Assembly (NCBI GenBank): GCA_963804425.1 | Contig: CAWDQF010000007.1 | Coordinates: 74,438 to 138,437, forward strand | Length of the DNA stretch: 64,000 bases | Direction of reading: 5' to 3' | DNA from: an uncultured Verrucomicrobiae bacterium | GTDB taxonomy: Bacteria; Verrucomicrobiota; Verrucomicrobiia; Chthoniobacterales; JAFAMB01 | In this document: in pieces, positions 37,762 through 47,291 of the stretch | How the letters are laid out: each line of letters starts with the position of its first letter | How positions within the stretch are numbered: the stretch's first letter is position 1 | Made by a program: the position numbers and the translations under genes | Notes under the pieces: generated by a model | Told to the model about the DNA's origin: nothing | Databases searched by the model: none | Seen by the model: the letters and a program-made list of their open reading frames with translations, nothing else

Positions 37762-38391
37762 ATGACCGATCCTCGCGGTGCTTCGGCCAATCTCGGTTCA
37801 CGTTCCGGAGAGGAGCGGGAAGTCGTTCCGGTTGACATTTTCGAGCCGCTTTCGTTTCTCGATATTTTTCAAAACGAGCGTCCGATCGAGCTCGATCTGG
37901 GGTCTGGATCCGGCCGGTTTCTGATTGAAGCGGGTCGCCGGTATCCGGAAAGAAATTTCCTCGGAGTGGAGCGGTTACTTGGTCGGGTACGCAAAACACT
38001 TCGTTCGGCTTCGCGGTTGGATTTGTCGAATGTTCGGGTACTGCGCTTGGAAATCGATTACGCAGTTCGTTATCTCTTATCGCCCGGCTCGGTTTCCCGT
38101 CTGCACCTCTCTTTTCCAGACCCCTGGCCGAAGCGGCGTCATCATGGCCGTCGCTTGATCGACGAAGAGTTCCTTGCGACTGCAGCCAGCGCTCTTGCTT
38201 CGGACGGCGAGTTGTGGATAAAGACCGATCACGCAGACTATTTTCAGGGCATCAACAAAGCGGTCGATTCTCAGAAAGATATTTTCGGTCGCGTTCCCTG
38301 GTCGGAAGAATATCCAACGACTGATTTTGAAGAGACTTATCGGTCGCAAAGTCTTCCGATTTATCAATTGCGTTTGCGGAAGGTGAATTGA
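37762..38391 (+). CDS. trmB: tRNA (guanine-N7)-methyltransferase
   Basis: ELDLGSGSGRFLIEAGRRYPERNFLGVE and LHLSFPDPWPKRRHHGRRLI. Start taken at ATG 37762. Confidence 0.88.
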   Translation: MTDPRGASANLGSRSGEEREVVPVDIFEPLSFLDIFQNERPIELDLGSGSGRFLIEAGRRYPERNFLGVERLLGRVRKTLRSASRLDLSNVRVLRLEIDYAVRYLLSPGSVSRLHLSFPDPWPKRRHHGRRLIDEEFLATAASALASDGELWIKTDHADYFQGINKAVDSQKDIFGRVPWSEEYPTTDFEETYRSQSLPIYQLRLRKVN

Positions 38392-40517
38392 CCACCGCGG
38401 AACGCTTGGAGCTTCAGCGTGTCCCCGTGGAGCTCCAGAATAGCAGCTCCTTGTTCGCCGAGGAAAATAATTGGGCCGGGATCGCATCGTTCGAATTGAT
38501 TCTGTTTGCCTTGAGCGTAAACAATTACTTGGGGATCAAACGCGCGCTGAAGCTCCGCTGCCCGAAAGGAGCGCGGACTCGAAACGCAGACCAAATCGAT
38601 CGATCTTCCGATTGGCGGATTGGCGGCAGGATCGATGGTGTCTGACCAAGATCCACGGCGGCTATCAGCGATCAGGAGAATCCGATACCCTCCCATTCTC
38701 ACCATGATCGATGTGCCGGACCCGCTGCGATCGGGAGATGGTTTCGGTACTCCGCCTCGAATTCCGGTCTCGTCCAGATCGATGACCGCTGGATTTGTCC
38801 CCCAGCCAAAACTTCGATTGGCGAGTTTAAACGTGTTCGCGATCGGGTTTTCGGCGGGCATGCAGGCGAATTGCCGTTCTAATTGCTTCAAACACCCTTC
38901 GTGATCCGGATCCCGACGGGTACTTTCTAAAAGGCGAAGCTGGTTGACCCCTTGATAACGAAGAAATGGTTGAGTCACCCGTCGGTATTTCGCGTCGCTG
39001 CCTGGGTTGATGAAGCCATCCACTTCTCCGGCATGCAGATAAATGCTATTGGATCGTCCGGAGGCCAATATCACCAGCTTGGGATGACTTCGCGTTCCCG
39101 GTTCAGCGACATTTACGCTCTGATAGGGCAATGCGACGAAGGCATGCACCGCGCCGAGGAACAAGTGACCGAGGAGCCAGTTTGTGTTGTTAAGGCAGAT
39201 ACTCGCCCAGCGGCAAAAGGGAGCGGCCACGATCGACGAGACGCCCAGGGCCAGAATGGAAGCGCCTATGGGAACCGTCGCAAAGTTGGCCGCCACATTG
39301 CACCACGAGACGCGATGAGAAATCGACCAGGCGAACGGCAGCGTCGCCAACCAACAGACACAGCAGACAGAAAACAGCTCGCAGCTGTGCTGAGCGATTC
39401 GACAGAAGGCCAGCTGTCCCGGGTGGAGGAGTCGCCGCGGAATCCAAGGATCCGGACGAAACGGAAGAGAGAGGAGATGGGCTAACGGTTTTGTCGCGAT
39501 GGTTAGGGCGGCAACGGTGACGAACGAAAGCTGGAAACCAAGCTGGAAAAGCTGCTCAGTATCCAATGTAAGCAAAAACAGACCTGCGCCCGAGAGAATA
39601 TTTTTGGCGAGCACGGGGCGCTCCAAAGCGATTCCCAAGAGTAGTATTGCGGACATAATCGTCGCCCGCAGACTTGCAATCGAAAGCCCAGTTCCGGCGC
39701 AATAGAGGAGAAGCGGAACAATCAGAATGAACGTCCAGCGGCGGGCGACTCGCGCTGTTCTCATCACCGCCCAAGAGAAGCCGGCCAGTAAGGTCACCTT
39801 TAGTCCATCAATTACAAACAGGTGCAGTGTTCCGGTATCCTGGAGTTCATCCAGGATAACCGGCGGAATGGTCGAACGATCACCAAAGAGGATTCCGCGA
39901 ATCAACGCTTGAATGGTCGGATCGTCTTCGAGTGACGCTATCGGAATGGGTTCGATACTGTGACGTAAGCGGAGAGCGAACCCGACGAACAGGTTTGCGC
40001 CGCCTCGCGAGAGTAACTGTGTTCTGTTGCCCGGGATTGCCTGTAAGAGCAAATAGACACCTTGCCGGTTCAGAAAACCGTGGTAATCGAATTCTCCAGG
40101 ATTGAGCGGTTCATCGGGAAGTGCGAAACGTCCGTCGACAACGAAACGATCGCCGTATTGCGTTGGACTTCCGTTCAGCTCCGCTGAAACGCGGAAATGG
40201 ACAGGAAACCCATCCACTTCGCGAACATCTGCCAAAAGCCGCTGTTTCATTTGGGCGGTCCAATGGAAAGGAGTGGACTCACTTTGCGCACAGAGCAGGC
40301 AACGGTGAACATGATTGCTCAACTGAGGTGTGCGGGAGAGCTGAAAGCCTTGATTGTGACTAATTAGGAACGTATGCCAGAAGGCGAAGAAGAAGGCGGT
40401 GGCCGCGAGCGTCAACAAGGTCTTGCGCCAGACGAGTGCGAACAGCCCAAACAGACAAAACAAGGTTCCAAAGACTATCCACGAATCGAAATGCGTATCC
40501 GACCAGAGAACACCCAC
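38364..40517 (-). CDS. comEC: ComEC/Rec2-family DNA internalization channel protein
   Basis: An N-terminal OB-like/DUF4131 region, then a polytopic competence domain. The C-terminal MBL-like region has degenerate-looking motifs by eye. GTG start. Confidence 0.85.
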   Translation of the reverse strand: MGVLWSDTHFDSWIVFGTLFCLFGLFALVWRKTLLTLAATAFFFAFWHTFLISHNQGFQLSRTPQLSNHVHRCLLCAQSESTPFHWTAQMKQRLLADVREVDGFPVHFRVSAELNGSPTQYGDRFVVDGRFALPDEPLNPGEFDYHGFLNRQGVYLLLQAIPGNRTQLLSRGGANLFVGFALRLRHSIEPIPIASLEDDPTIQALIRGILFGDRSTIPPVILDELQDTGTLHLFVIDGLKVTLLAGFSWAVMRTARVARRWTFILIVPLLLYCAGTGLSIASLRATIMSAILLLGIALERPVLAKNILSGAGLFLLTLDTEQLFQLGFQLSFVTVAALTIATKPLAHLLSLPFRPDPWIPRRLLHPGQLAFCRIAQHSCELFSVCCVCWLATLPFAWSISHRVSWCNVAANFATVPIGASILALGVSSIVAAPFCRWASICLNNTNWLLGHLFLGAVHAFVALPYQSVNVAEPGTRSHPKLVILASGRSNSIYLHAGEVDGFINPGSDAKYRRVTQPFLRYQGVNQLRLLESTRRDPDHEGCLKQLERQFACMPAENPIANTFKLANRSFGWGTNPAVIDLDETGIRGGVPKPSPDRSGSGTSIMVRMGGYRILLIADSRRGSWSDTIDPAANPPIGRSIDLVCVSSPRSFRAAELQRAFDPQVIVYAQGKQNQFERCDPGPIIFLGEQGAAILELHGDTLKLQAFRGGQFTFRKRN

Positions 40518-40644
40518 GCAAGCCGAAATAAAGAGACCGGCTAGAGGAATTCTGGATCGAATCCGAGAGATAAATAACTCTTTTATGTTATGTTTTTATT
40601 ATTAGATGCCAAATATAGCAAACTAATAATAATGCTGTTGGGTA

Positions 40645-40658
40645 CAACCAATTGGTTG
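40645..40658. promoter_or_regulatory. 14-bp perfect palindrome CAACCAATTGGTTG upstream of comEC (possible operator)
   Basis: Perfect dyad in the 367-bp comEC upstream spacer, next to an AT-rich stretch (about 40560-40640) and a 7-bp-stem hairpin at 40666-40684. Confidence 0.3.
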
Positions 40659-40884
40659 CCTCGCAGCCTCGAATCAATCGAGGCCAAATGGGAGGTCTAT
40701 TGTCGAGAACGCTCGCGGGTTAATTACTGATCCCTTGCGATATGCGATTTCTTGGCGCTCTATCGGTCGGGTCATCCGTCGATCGCAATGCCTTAGCCGC
40801 TGCTCCTCGGCGCAGCTAGAGATCTCCGAAACGCAGCCGACCGCAGCTGTCCACGGCCCGTGTCGGATAGAGAGCTGCGAAAGC

Positions 40885-41664
40885 TCAAGTGCGGTGCCGC
40901 AGCTCTAGCCGCATCTTGTCGGCGGCATACAAAATTTCCGTGTGAGAAAGCGACTTTCGCGCAGCGGCAAGCACGGTCTCAATTTCTGCAGCGACCTCCG
41001 CGGAGGCGTGCGTCAAGACTAACCGAGCAATTTTTCGAGAAGCAAGAAAATCAAAGAGCACCCTTGGCTCGAAGTGCGCGATCTCACACACCAAAAGATC
41101 GGTCCCGACCTTGAGCGGCTTATTGAGATCGTCAGGCGCTCCAATATCGCCAGAAAAGACAAACTCAAATGCCGAATGCCGGATCGCGAGGCTAAATGAG
41201 TGAAATCGTCCGTTCCCGAACCGGTCCACCAATGCCTGGAGATGGGTTGTGGTTGTCGGTGTAATTTCGCAACCGCCAACGGCGTGGACCGGCGCAATTT
41301 CCCAAGCGCGAAAATGGATTTGGAACGGTAAAAAGTCCGGACCGATGTAGCATGCATCCAGCCAATTCCGCAGGGGATCGATCAGCTCCGCCGGCAAGAA
41401 TATTGACAATGGTGTTTGTCGGCCAACGATCCAAGCCGCCTGGATAACCATCGGCAAACCGCCCGTGTGATCCGAATGACCGTGCGTCACGACAATCGCA
41501 TCGAGATCGGCCGGGTCGACCCCGATCTCGATTAACGTGCGACAGCTTGGTTCTCCGGCATCAATCAAGACTTTCTTGTCTCCTGTATCCAACAGTAAGC
41601 CAGTGTGATTTTTGCCAGCTGCGGGATATCCGGGTGCGGTGCCGAGGAACGTAATCGACGCCAT
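40885..41664 (-). CDS. MBL-fold metallo-hydrolase (RNase Z/ElaC-like short form)
   Basis: ITFLGTAPGYPAAGKNHTGLLL and the motif VVTHGHSDHTGG. Confidence 0.8.
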   Translation of the reverse strand: MASITFLGTAPGYPAAGKNHTGLLLDTGDKKVLIDAGEPSCRTLIEIGVDPADLDAIVVTHGHSDHTGGLPMVIQAAWIVGRQTPLSIFLPAELIDPLRNWLDACYIGPDFLPFQIHFRAWEIAPVHAVGGCEITPTTTTHLQALVDRFGNGRFHSFSLAIRHSAFEFVFSGDIGAPDDLNKPLKVGTDLLVCEIAHFEPRVLFDFLASRKIARLVLTHASAEVAAEIETVLAAARKSLSHTEILYAADKMRLELRHRT

Positions 41665-41718
41665 AAAGAGTATTGTCAGGACAATTAAGGCTAACCGGCA
41701 GGCTGTGAGGTTAAAGCA

Positions 41719-43281
41719 TCAAGAGCGGCGCAACTTATATTCGTAGCTATCTACCAATGCCAGCCAACTAGCTTCAATGATGTTGTCCGAAACGCCCACT
41801 GTGCACCAGTTCTCGTGATGATCGGTTGAATCTATTAAAACCCGGGTTCGTGCTTCAGTGCCGACATGTGAACCGATAATTCTGACTTTGTAATCATCGA
41901 GCGTGATCTGCTGAATCTCCGGATAAACTGGCGTCAGGGCCTTGCGCAGCGCGGCGTCCAGGGCATTCACCGGACCATCTCCCTCTGCCACCGTATAGTA
42001 ATTCTCCTTGCCAACGCGCAACTTAACGGTCGCCTCACAGGTCTCATACCGGTTGCGGACGGACCGGATGTAGGTGCAATGATATTCCAGCAGCTCCCAA
42101 AGGGGCTCCGGTTTAGTCAATACTCTGCGGATCAGCAATTCAAAGGATCCCTCCGCGGCCTCAAATTCGTAGCCGAGATGTTCGAGTCGTTTCACCTCTC
42201 GCAAAATAGCGGTCACGGCGGGGGAAGCTTTCTCCAGCGCAAAACCGAGCTCTCGAGCCTTGGCAATCACATTGCTCTGGCCGGAAAGCTCTGAGACGAC
42301 AATATGCTGAAAGTTACCCACCGACTCCGGTGCAATGTGCTCGTAGCTCTTAGACAGCTTGGCTACGGCGTGGGCGTGCAGCCCTCCCTTGTGCGTGAAT
42401 GCGGTGGAACCAATGAAAGGGGCTCGAATGTTGTGTTGGCAGTTTGCTAGGTCATCTACGAACAACGACAATTCTCGTAGCTTTCGGAGATCCGGCACTA
42501 CCTCGATTCCGAGCTTGAGCTGAACGATCGGAATCACGCTCGTCAGGTTGCAGTTACCGGTCCGTTCCCCGTAGCCGTTTATCGTCCCTTGCACCTGAAC
42601 AGCGCCAGCCTGTAACCCGGCCAGCGCATTGGCTACGCCCAGTTCACAATCGTTGTGTGTATGAATGCCGACCGGAATAGCCAGCGCCTCCACGACAGAC
42701 CGGGTAATTTGGCCGATCTCATCGGGGAGCGCCCCTCCGTTCGTATCGCAGAGCACGACGAGGTCAGCGCCACCTTCAGCAGCTGCTTGGATCGATTTGA
42801 GAGCGTGGGCCGGATCGTTCTTATAACCATCAAAAAAATGTTCGGCATCAAAGATAACCTCTCTCCCGCGGGACTTCAGATAAATTACCGTCTCCCGGAT
42901 CATCCGAACGTTTTCTTCCACGCTAGTGCCCAAGATTTCCTCCACGTGAAAGCGCCAGCCCTTCCCAACGATGGTCACAACCGGAGTTTCTGCCTCAATC
43001 AACAGCGCGACCTGGGTGTCTTCCTCCGGCCGGAGATTTGCTCGGCAGGTACTCCCGAAAGCGCACACTTTCGCTGTTTTCCAGCGCCGCTTTTTCGTTT
43101 CGGTAAAGAACTCGATGTCCTTTGGGTTGGAGCCCGGCCAACCGCCTTCAATGTAATGGATCCCGAAAGCGTCAAGTTTTTCCGCGATCCGGATCTTGTC
43201 CTGGACGCTGAATGAGATGCCTTCCGCCTGCGTACCATCCCGCAGAGTGGTGTCGTAAATACTGACCGTTTTGGGATACAT
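41719..43281 (-). CDS. cimA: (R)-citramalate synthase / 2-isopropylmalate synthase family
   Basis: IYDTTLRDGTQAEGISFSVQDKIRIAEKLDAFGIHYIEGGWPGSNPKD, plus a C-terminal LeuA-dimer regulatory domain. Its length and N-terminus fit CimA-type enzymes. Confidence 0.8.
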   Translation of the reverse strand: MYPKTVSIYDTTLRDGTQAEGISFSVQDKIRIAEKLDAFGIHYIEGGWPGSNPKDIEFFTETKKRRWKTAKVCAFGSTCRANLRPEEDTQVALLIEAETPVVTIVGKGWRFHVEEILGTSVEENVRMIRETVIYLKSRGREVIFDAEHFFDGYKNDPAHALKSIQAAAEGGADLVVLCDTNGGALPDEIGQITRSVVEALAIPVGIHTHNDCELGVANALAGLQAGAVQVQGTINGYGERTGNCNLTSVIPIVQLKLGIEVVPDLRKLRELSLFVDDLANCQHNIRAPFIGSTAFTHKGGLHAHAVAKLSKSYEHIAPESVGNFQHIVVSELSGQSNVIAKARELGFALEKASPAVTAILREVKRLEHLGYEFEAAEGSFELLIRRVLTKPEPLWELLEYHCTYIRSVRNRYETCEATVKLRVGKENYYTVAEGDGPVNALDAALRKALTPVYPEIQQITLDDYKVRIIGSHVGTEARTRVLIDSTDHHENWCTVGVSDNIIEASWLALVDSYEYKLRRS

Positions 43282-43422
43282 AAAGCCGGGAATGTTTCGG
43301 TATCCTAGACCGCCGTGGTTTGCAAAGGGTTTTAAGTGTCCTGAAATGAGGGCTTAGCCGGGAATAAATCAAATGCGAAATCTGTCTAATACGGTAGACT
43401 AGTTCTATAGAATCAATAGGTT

Positions 43423-44013
43423 ATGAAAAAGAATTGCCTGTGGCGCTCTCTTACTTTGCTGCTAGCGGTGACCGCCTCTTCCGCCGCCTTGGCTGCTTCT
43501 CCGGCTAATGTAGTTATTACCTACGCTCACCCGGAGAAATTCAGCGGCACGTCGATTGGATATTTTACCGATTTTGTGGTTCAAGATCGGAGTGAGCGAG
43601 AGACAGCCGCAAGATTTGCCGGCGAAATGCCTTCCAAGCTAGGGCCCGCGCTGGCCAAAGTAGCGCCTGGTTGCACGCTGACCTTTCAGTTCACCGATAT
43701 CGATCTGGGCGGACGGTATGAACCTCGGCTGGGCCCCAATTTTCGGCAGATCCGTTTCTACAACGGGAACGGCCGGGACCCGGTAAGGCTCTATTTCAGC
43801 TACACGTTGACCGACGCCAAAGGCCGCGTGCTGATGCACGGGTCGAGCGCGGCGACCGCTGCATCGTATGTGGGTTTTAGCCCAAACCTCACGATTGAGG
43901 ATATCCAGCTCAAATACGACGAGTTCTATTTCGAGCAGGAATTGCTGAAATCCTGGATCAGAACGAACATCGACGTTTCCAGCCCGGCGCCGACCGTCAA
44001 AGAGAAGCGATAA
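43423..44013 (+). CDS. Secreted DUF3016-like protein
   Basis: Signal peptide, VVITYAHPEKFSG, FQFTDIDLGGRYEP, and a C-terminal YFEQELLKSWI. This pattern matches my recollection of DUF3016. Confidence 0.55.
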   Translation: MKKNCLWRSLTLLLAVTASSAALAASPANVVITYAHPEKFSGTSIGYFTDFVVQDRSERETAARFAGEMPSKLGPALAKVAPGCTLTFQFTDIDLGGRYEPRLGPNFRQIRFYNGNGRDPVRLYFSYTLTDAKGRVLMHGSSAATAASYVGFSPNLTIEDIQLKYDEFYFEQELLKSWIRTNIDVSSPAPTVKEKR

Positions 44014-44027
44014 CCGCTTACTCGCGG

Positions 44028-44546
44028 CTATCTCCGCACGATAACCGGGGTGCCGACTTTGACCGCGGCGAAGAAGCGTTTCGCCTTCGATCCCGGCATC
44101 CGAATACACCCATGTGATGCGGGGTAGCCGGGAAGATAGCCCTCGTGCATTCCGACTCCGTCATAAATGCGGAGGAAATACGGCATCGGCGCGCCCACGA
44201 AATAGGCTCCAGGCGGTTTTGGATCTTTCAGCGCGTTCACATCCTCTTTCACGATCACGCCGTTCTCTTGGTACGCACCGTATATGCTCGATCGATGATC
44301 GATGTCCTTCTCGACAATGTGGTATTTCCCGGGCGCGGTGTTATGCCCTTCCCGGCCGGAGGAGATCGGTGCGCTGAGAACCTGTTCCTGCCCAGAGTAC
44401 AGATAAGCATGCTGATCCGCCAGATCGATCACAATCGCGACTTTTCCTGGCGGCAGCCCGCGAACATCGTAGACGGTATTTTCGACCACCGAACAACTCG
44501 CCAAAAACAGGGTTGCGACCGCCGTCAAGGAAAAAAGCCTGTGCAT
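44028..44546 (-). CDS. L,D-transpeptidase (YkuD domain) lipoprotein
   Basis: Lipobox LFLASC and the catalytic motif GYPASHGCIRM. Confidence 0.88.
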   Translation of the reverse strand: MHRLFSLTAVATLFLASCSVVENTVYDVRGLPPGKVAIVIDLADQHAYLYSGQEQVLSAPISSGREGHNTAPGKYHIVEKDIDHRSSIYGAYQENGVIVKEDVNALKDPKPPGAYFVGAPMPYFLRIYDGVGMHEGYLPGYPASHGCIRMPGSKAKRFFAAVKVGTPVIVRR

Positions 44547-44600
44547 CGCCGCCCTTTATGCCACCGTGTGAGACGTTGCTCAAGGCGATCGCGCAGTTTG

Positions 44601-45074
44601 ATGGAGAAACCGACTTTGATCCGAATCATTTCGGGAGGCCAGACCGGTGTAGACCGAGGGGCATTAGACGCGGCTTTGGCTGCCGGGTTTCCGGTTGGCG
44701 GATACTGTCCGAGCGGCCGAGCGGCCGAGGATGGGATCATTCCCGACCGTTATCCACTTACCGAGCTGGATCGGGGCGGTCCTCTCGAACGCACCTTGAT
44801 GAATGTCGCGGAATCCGACGGCACCGTACTTCTCTACTTCGAATCGTTGTCCGGCGGCACGGAAAAGACATTGGAGGCTTGCCTCTTTCTGCAACGACCT
44901 TATCTCTTGATTGATGCGGAGCTCTGTTTGCCGGAAGCCGCGGCCGAGCGGATCAGAGGCTTTTCTAAAACACATCGAATCGAAGTGCTGAATATAGCCG
45001 GACCGCGTGCGACCGAATGGGATGATGGATTCGATTTTGCGCGAGAGACCATCAGCGAGTTGCTTTCCCCGTAG
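44601..45074 (+). CDS. SLOG-superfamily protein (putative molybdenum-cofactor-carrier-like, YpsA-type fold)
   Basis: IRIISGGQTGVDRGALDAALAAGFPVGGYCPSGRAAEDG. Start at ATG 44601. The upstream part of the ORF-track entry is antisense to the L,D-transpeptidase. Confidence 0.7.
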   Translation: MEKPTLIRIISGGQTGVDRGALDAALAAGFPVGGYCPSGRAAEDGIIPDRYPLTELDRGGPLERTLMNVAESDGTVLLYFESLSGGTEKTLEACLFLQRPYLLIDAELCLPEAAAERIRGFSKTHRIEVLNIAGPRATEWDDGFDFARETISELLSP

Positions 45075-45089
45075 GCACCTTTTTAGGAA

Positions 45090-46292
45090 ATGTCTTGGCT
45101 CATCCATCTCTGGCTCTGGGGTTCGATTGGGATCGTCCTTTTGCTCTTGGCCCAGTTCACCGCTAACCTGCGAGTTTTGGTACGGCTTCGGGCCGGACCC
45201 GTTCCGAGGGAGCGTCCGCTGGTTTCGGTACTGGTGCCCGCTCGCAACGAGGTTGGTCGCATTGGCCCCTGTCTGCAGTCACTTCTCGCGCAAGATTATC
45301 CGCATTTTGAGTGCATCGTTCTGGACGATCAATCTGACGACGGTACGCCTGAGTTGGTGGAACGGCTCGGGTTCTCGACAGAAGCGTTCTCTCAATTTAG
45401 ACTGATTTCGGGCCATCCGTTGCCAGTGAATTGGACTGGAAAATCGTGGGCTTGCCATCAGCTCTCGCGGGTGGCGCGAGGGGAATATCTGCTGTTTACC
45501 GATGCGGATACGATTCATCATCCCGGAACGATCTCGGCCGTGGTTACCGCGGCCTTGCGGGAGCGATCGGACCTTCTCACCGCGTGGACATACCAGATTA
45601 CCGGCACGTTTAGCGAAAAACTGATGATCCCATTCCTGTTCGTCGCCGCGGCCGGTTGCCTGCCGCACTGGCTATTGTCTCTAGCGCAACGGTACACAGG
45701 GCTCGCTCGATTGATTGGCGCAAAGTGGTTCCGGAATCTTGGAACCGCCAACGGCCAGTTCCTTTGTTTCCGTCGAGCGGCCTATCAACGAATTGGCGGC
45801 CACGCGGCTGCAGCAAATCATTTGGTGGAAGATGTGGCGCTCGCTCGGGCCGTAGCTGCTGAGACTGCCGAAGGAATGCACCTCACCAGTTGCGACGGCA
45901 CCGCTCTCGTCAGATGCCGGATGTACCGGTCATTTCCCGATCTCTGGGAAGGGTTTACCAAAAATCTTTGGCCGCTGTTTGAGAACGATTTTGCTGCGTT
46001 TGCGATTTTGGTGCTGGGACAGATCGTCGTCTTCGCCTTGCCGTTTTTCGTGGCACCTTGGATACTCAGTTGGGAGCTCTGGACCCTAGTCGGCCTGATC
46101 TTGCTGCTCCGCATTCTGATAACGCTCCGTTTTCGAACTTCTTGGCTCAGCGTGCTGCTTCACCCGCTTGGGTATTTGCTGGCGCTGGCGATCGCGTTGA
46201 ACAGTTTGCGGCGATCCCTCGGCCGGGGTGTCACGTGGAAAGGTCGGCTCTACCAGGTAGGCGACCCGCAAGAGAAAGCCCAGGCGGGCTAA
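45090..46292 (+). CDS. Membrane-bound family 2 glycosyltransferase (CrtQ/HpnB-like lipid glycosyltransferase type)
   Basis: VSVLVPARNEVGRIGPCLQSLLAQDYPHFECIVLDDQSDDGT, NWTGKSWAC, LLFTDADTIH, and flanking TM helices. Confidence 0.85.
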   Translation: MSWLIHLWLWGSIGIVLLLLAQFTANLRVLVRLRAGPVPRERPLVSVLVPARNEVGRIGPCLQSLLAQDYPHFECIVLDDQSDDGTPELVERLGFSTEAFSQFRLISGHPLPVNWTGKSWACHQLSRVARGEYLLFTDADTIHHPGTISAVVTAALRERSDLLTAWTYQITGTFSEKLMIPFLFVAAAGCLPHWLLSLAQRYTGLARLIGAKWFRNLGTANGQFLCFRRAAYQRIGGHAAAANHLVEDVALARAVAAETAEGMHLTSCDGTALVRCRMYRSFPDLWEGFTKNLWPLFENDFAAFAILVLGQIVVFALPFFVAPWILSWELWTLVGLILLLRILITLRFRTSWLSVLLHPLGYLLALAIALNSLRRSLGRGVTWKGRLYQVGDPQEKAQAG

Positions 46293-46356
46293 GGCTCGCA
46301 AAATATAAAACATTTTTGTTGTACGTTACTAACAAATTGATTAGAAGCGACGAACA

Positions 46357-47184
46357 ATGATGTTTTCCTTCGCGAGTGTTGCGGTGGCGCTCTGGTTGGG
46401 GATCGTGGCGGTCGCCTGTCTGCACCAGGTTTGGCGTGCCGTAACGAATCACCCCAATTTGTATGGCAATCGTGATTACCAGCGGGGCACTCGCGGCGAA
46501 AACAACCGCGATTACCGTCACCTAAATCCTGCCGCCGAAGGTTTGATCCCGATTGCCTGCCGATCCGTGGTACACATTTTACGAGCCCTCACAAATGTCG
46601 TGCGAGCAACCTTCAGTTGCGGCGTGGAATGGATCAGGAAAACGTTGGGCCGTTCTGGGACCTTTCATGCTCCGGTAAATCAGTCTTCAGCGCTCCCGGT
46701 TGGGATTTCCGCTACTGGGGCGGAAGACCGGCCTGCCCCAGTGAAAGCCATCCCCGATGGGGAGGGCGCACCGCTTGTCCGACAGAGCTCGGTGGATTCC
46801 TTGTCCACCATGCGCGAGCATTCAGCCACGCCTAATCCTCGTGCGCCGGAAGAACCGATCGCGAGGATCCGACGCCGCCGACGCATCGACGCGGAGCATG
46901 ATGCCCGGAAGGCGGGAACGGTCAAAAGAAAACGGACGACGCAGGCGTCGAAACCGACTGCCGAGACTCGGTGGCTATCTCCGCCCCGAAATGAAAAAAT
47001 GACGAAGCTAGCCACGGAAACTGAGGTTGTGGCGAGTGAGCTAGCCAAGGTTCATTCCGAGAAGCAAAACAAGAAAGCCCCGGGGGGTCGCACCCGCCAG
47101 GCCAATAAACACACGCGCACGGGCCGGCCGAAGAAACGCTCAACGGGTTCGAACGTGCCCTTGAATTCAAAGATTAGCGTGTGA
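46357..47184 (+). CDS. Hypothetical membrane-anchored, highly basic, low-complexity protein
   Basis: N-terminal TM helix (FASVAVALWLGIVAVACL), then an R/K/P/S-rich sequence. AT-rich DNA lies directly upstream. No family recognised. Confidence 0.5.
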   Translation: MMFSFASVAVALWLGIVAVACLHQVWRAVTNHPNLYGNRDYQRGTRGENNRDYRHLNPAAEGLIPIACRSVVHILRALTNVVRATFSCGVEWIRKTLGRSGTFHAPVNQSSALPVGISATGAEDRPAPVKAIPDGEGAPLVRQSSVDSLSTMREHSATPNPRAPEEPIARIRRRRRIDAEHDARKAGTVKRKRTTQASKPTAETRWLSPPRNEKMTKLATETEVVASELAKVHSEKQNKKAPGGRTRQANKHTRTGRPKKRSTGSNVPLNSKISV

Positions 47185-47291
47185 AAGTCCGCTCGACTAT
47201 CTTCGCAGCTAACGACGCTGTGCGTCTCTTTCGGTGCGGGAACCCATCGATTGAGCAACGCTCCTAAACAACCTTAACGGCAAACAAGCTG

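Noticed and set aside
38364-38391. 28-nt convergent overlap of the trmB and comEC 3' ends.
   Set aside because: Convergent tail overlaps are common in compact genomes, and nothing else is unusual here.
38364-40517. ComEC C-terminal MBL-like domain appears to have degenerate metal-binding motifs (SGRSN for GQGD, TRRDPDHEGC for the His-rich motif).
   Set aside because: The alignment was by eye only, and I am unsure of the exact ComEC consensus. That is not solid enough to claim loss of nuclease function.
40860-41114. 84-aa plus-strand ORF at the edge of the comEC upstream spacer, and the 26714-27028 ORF near xseB.
   Set aside because: Both are mostly antisense to supported genes (the MBL hydrolase and the HtrA-like gene) and are R/A-rich shadow frames.
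44145-44600. N-terminal 152 aa of the 309-aa ORF-track entry preceding the SLOG domain.
   Set aside because: This part is antisense to the well-supported L,D-transpeptidase gene. The conserved domain begins at ATG 44601.
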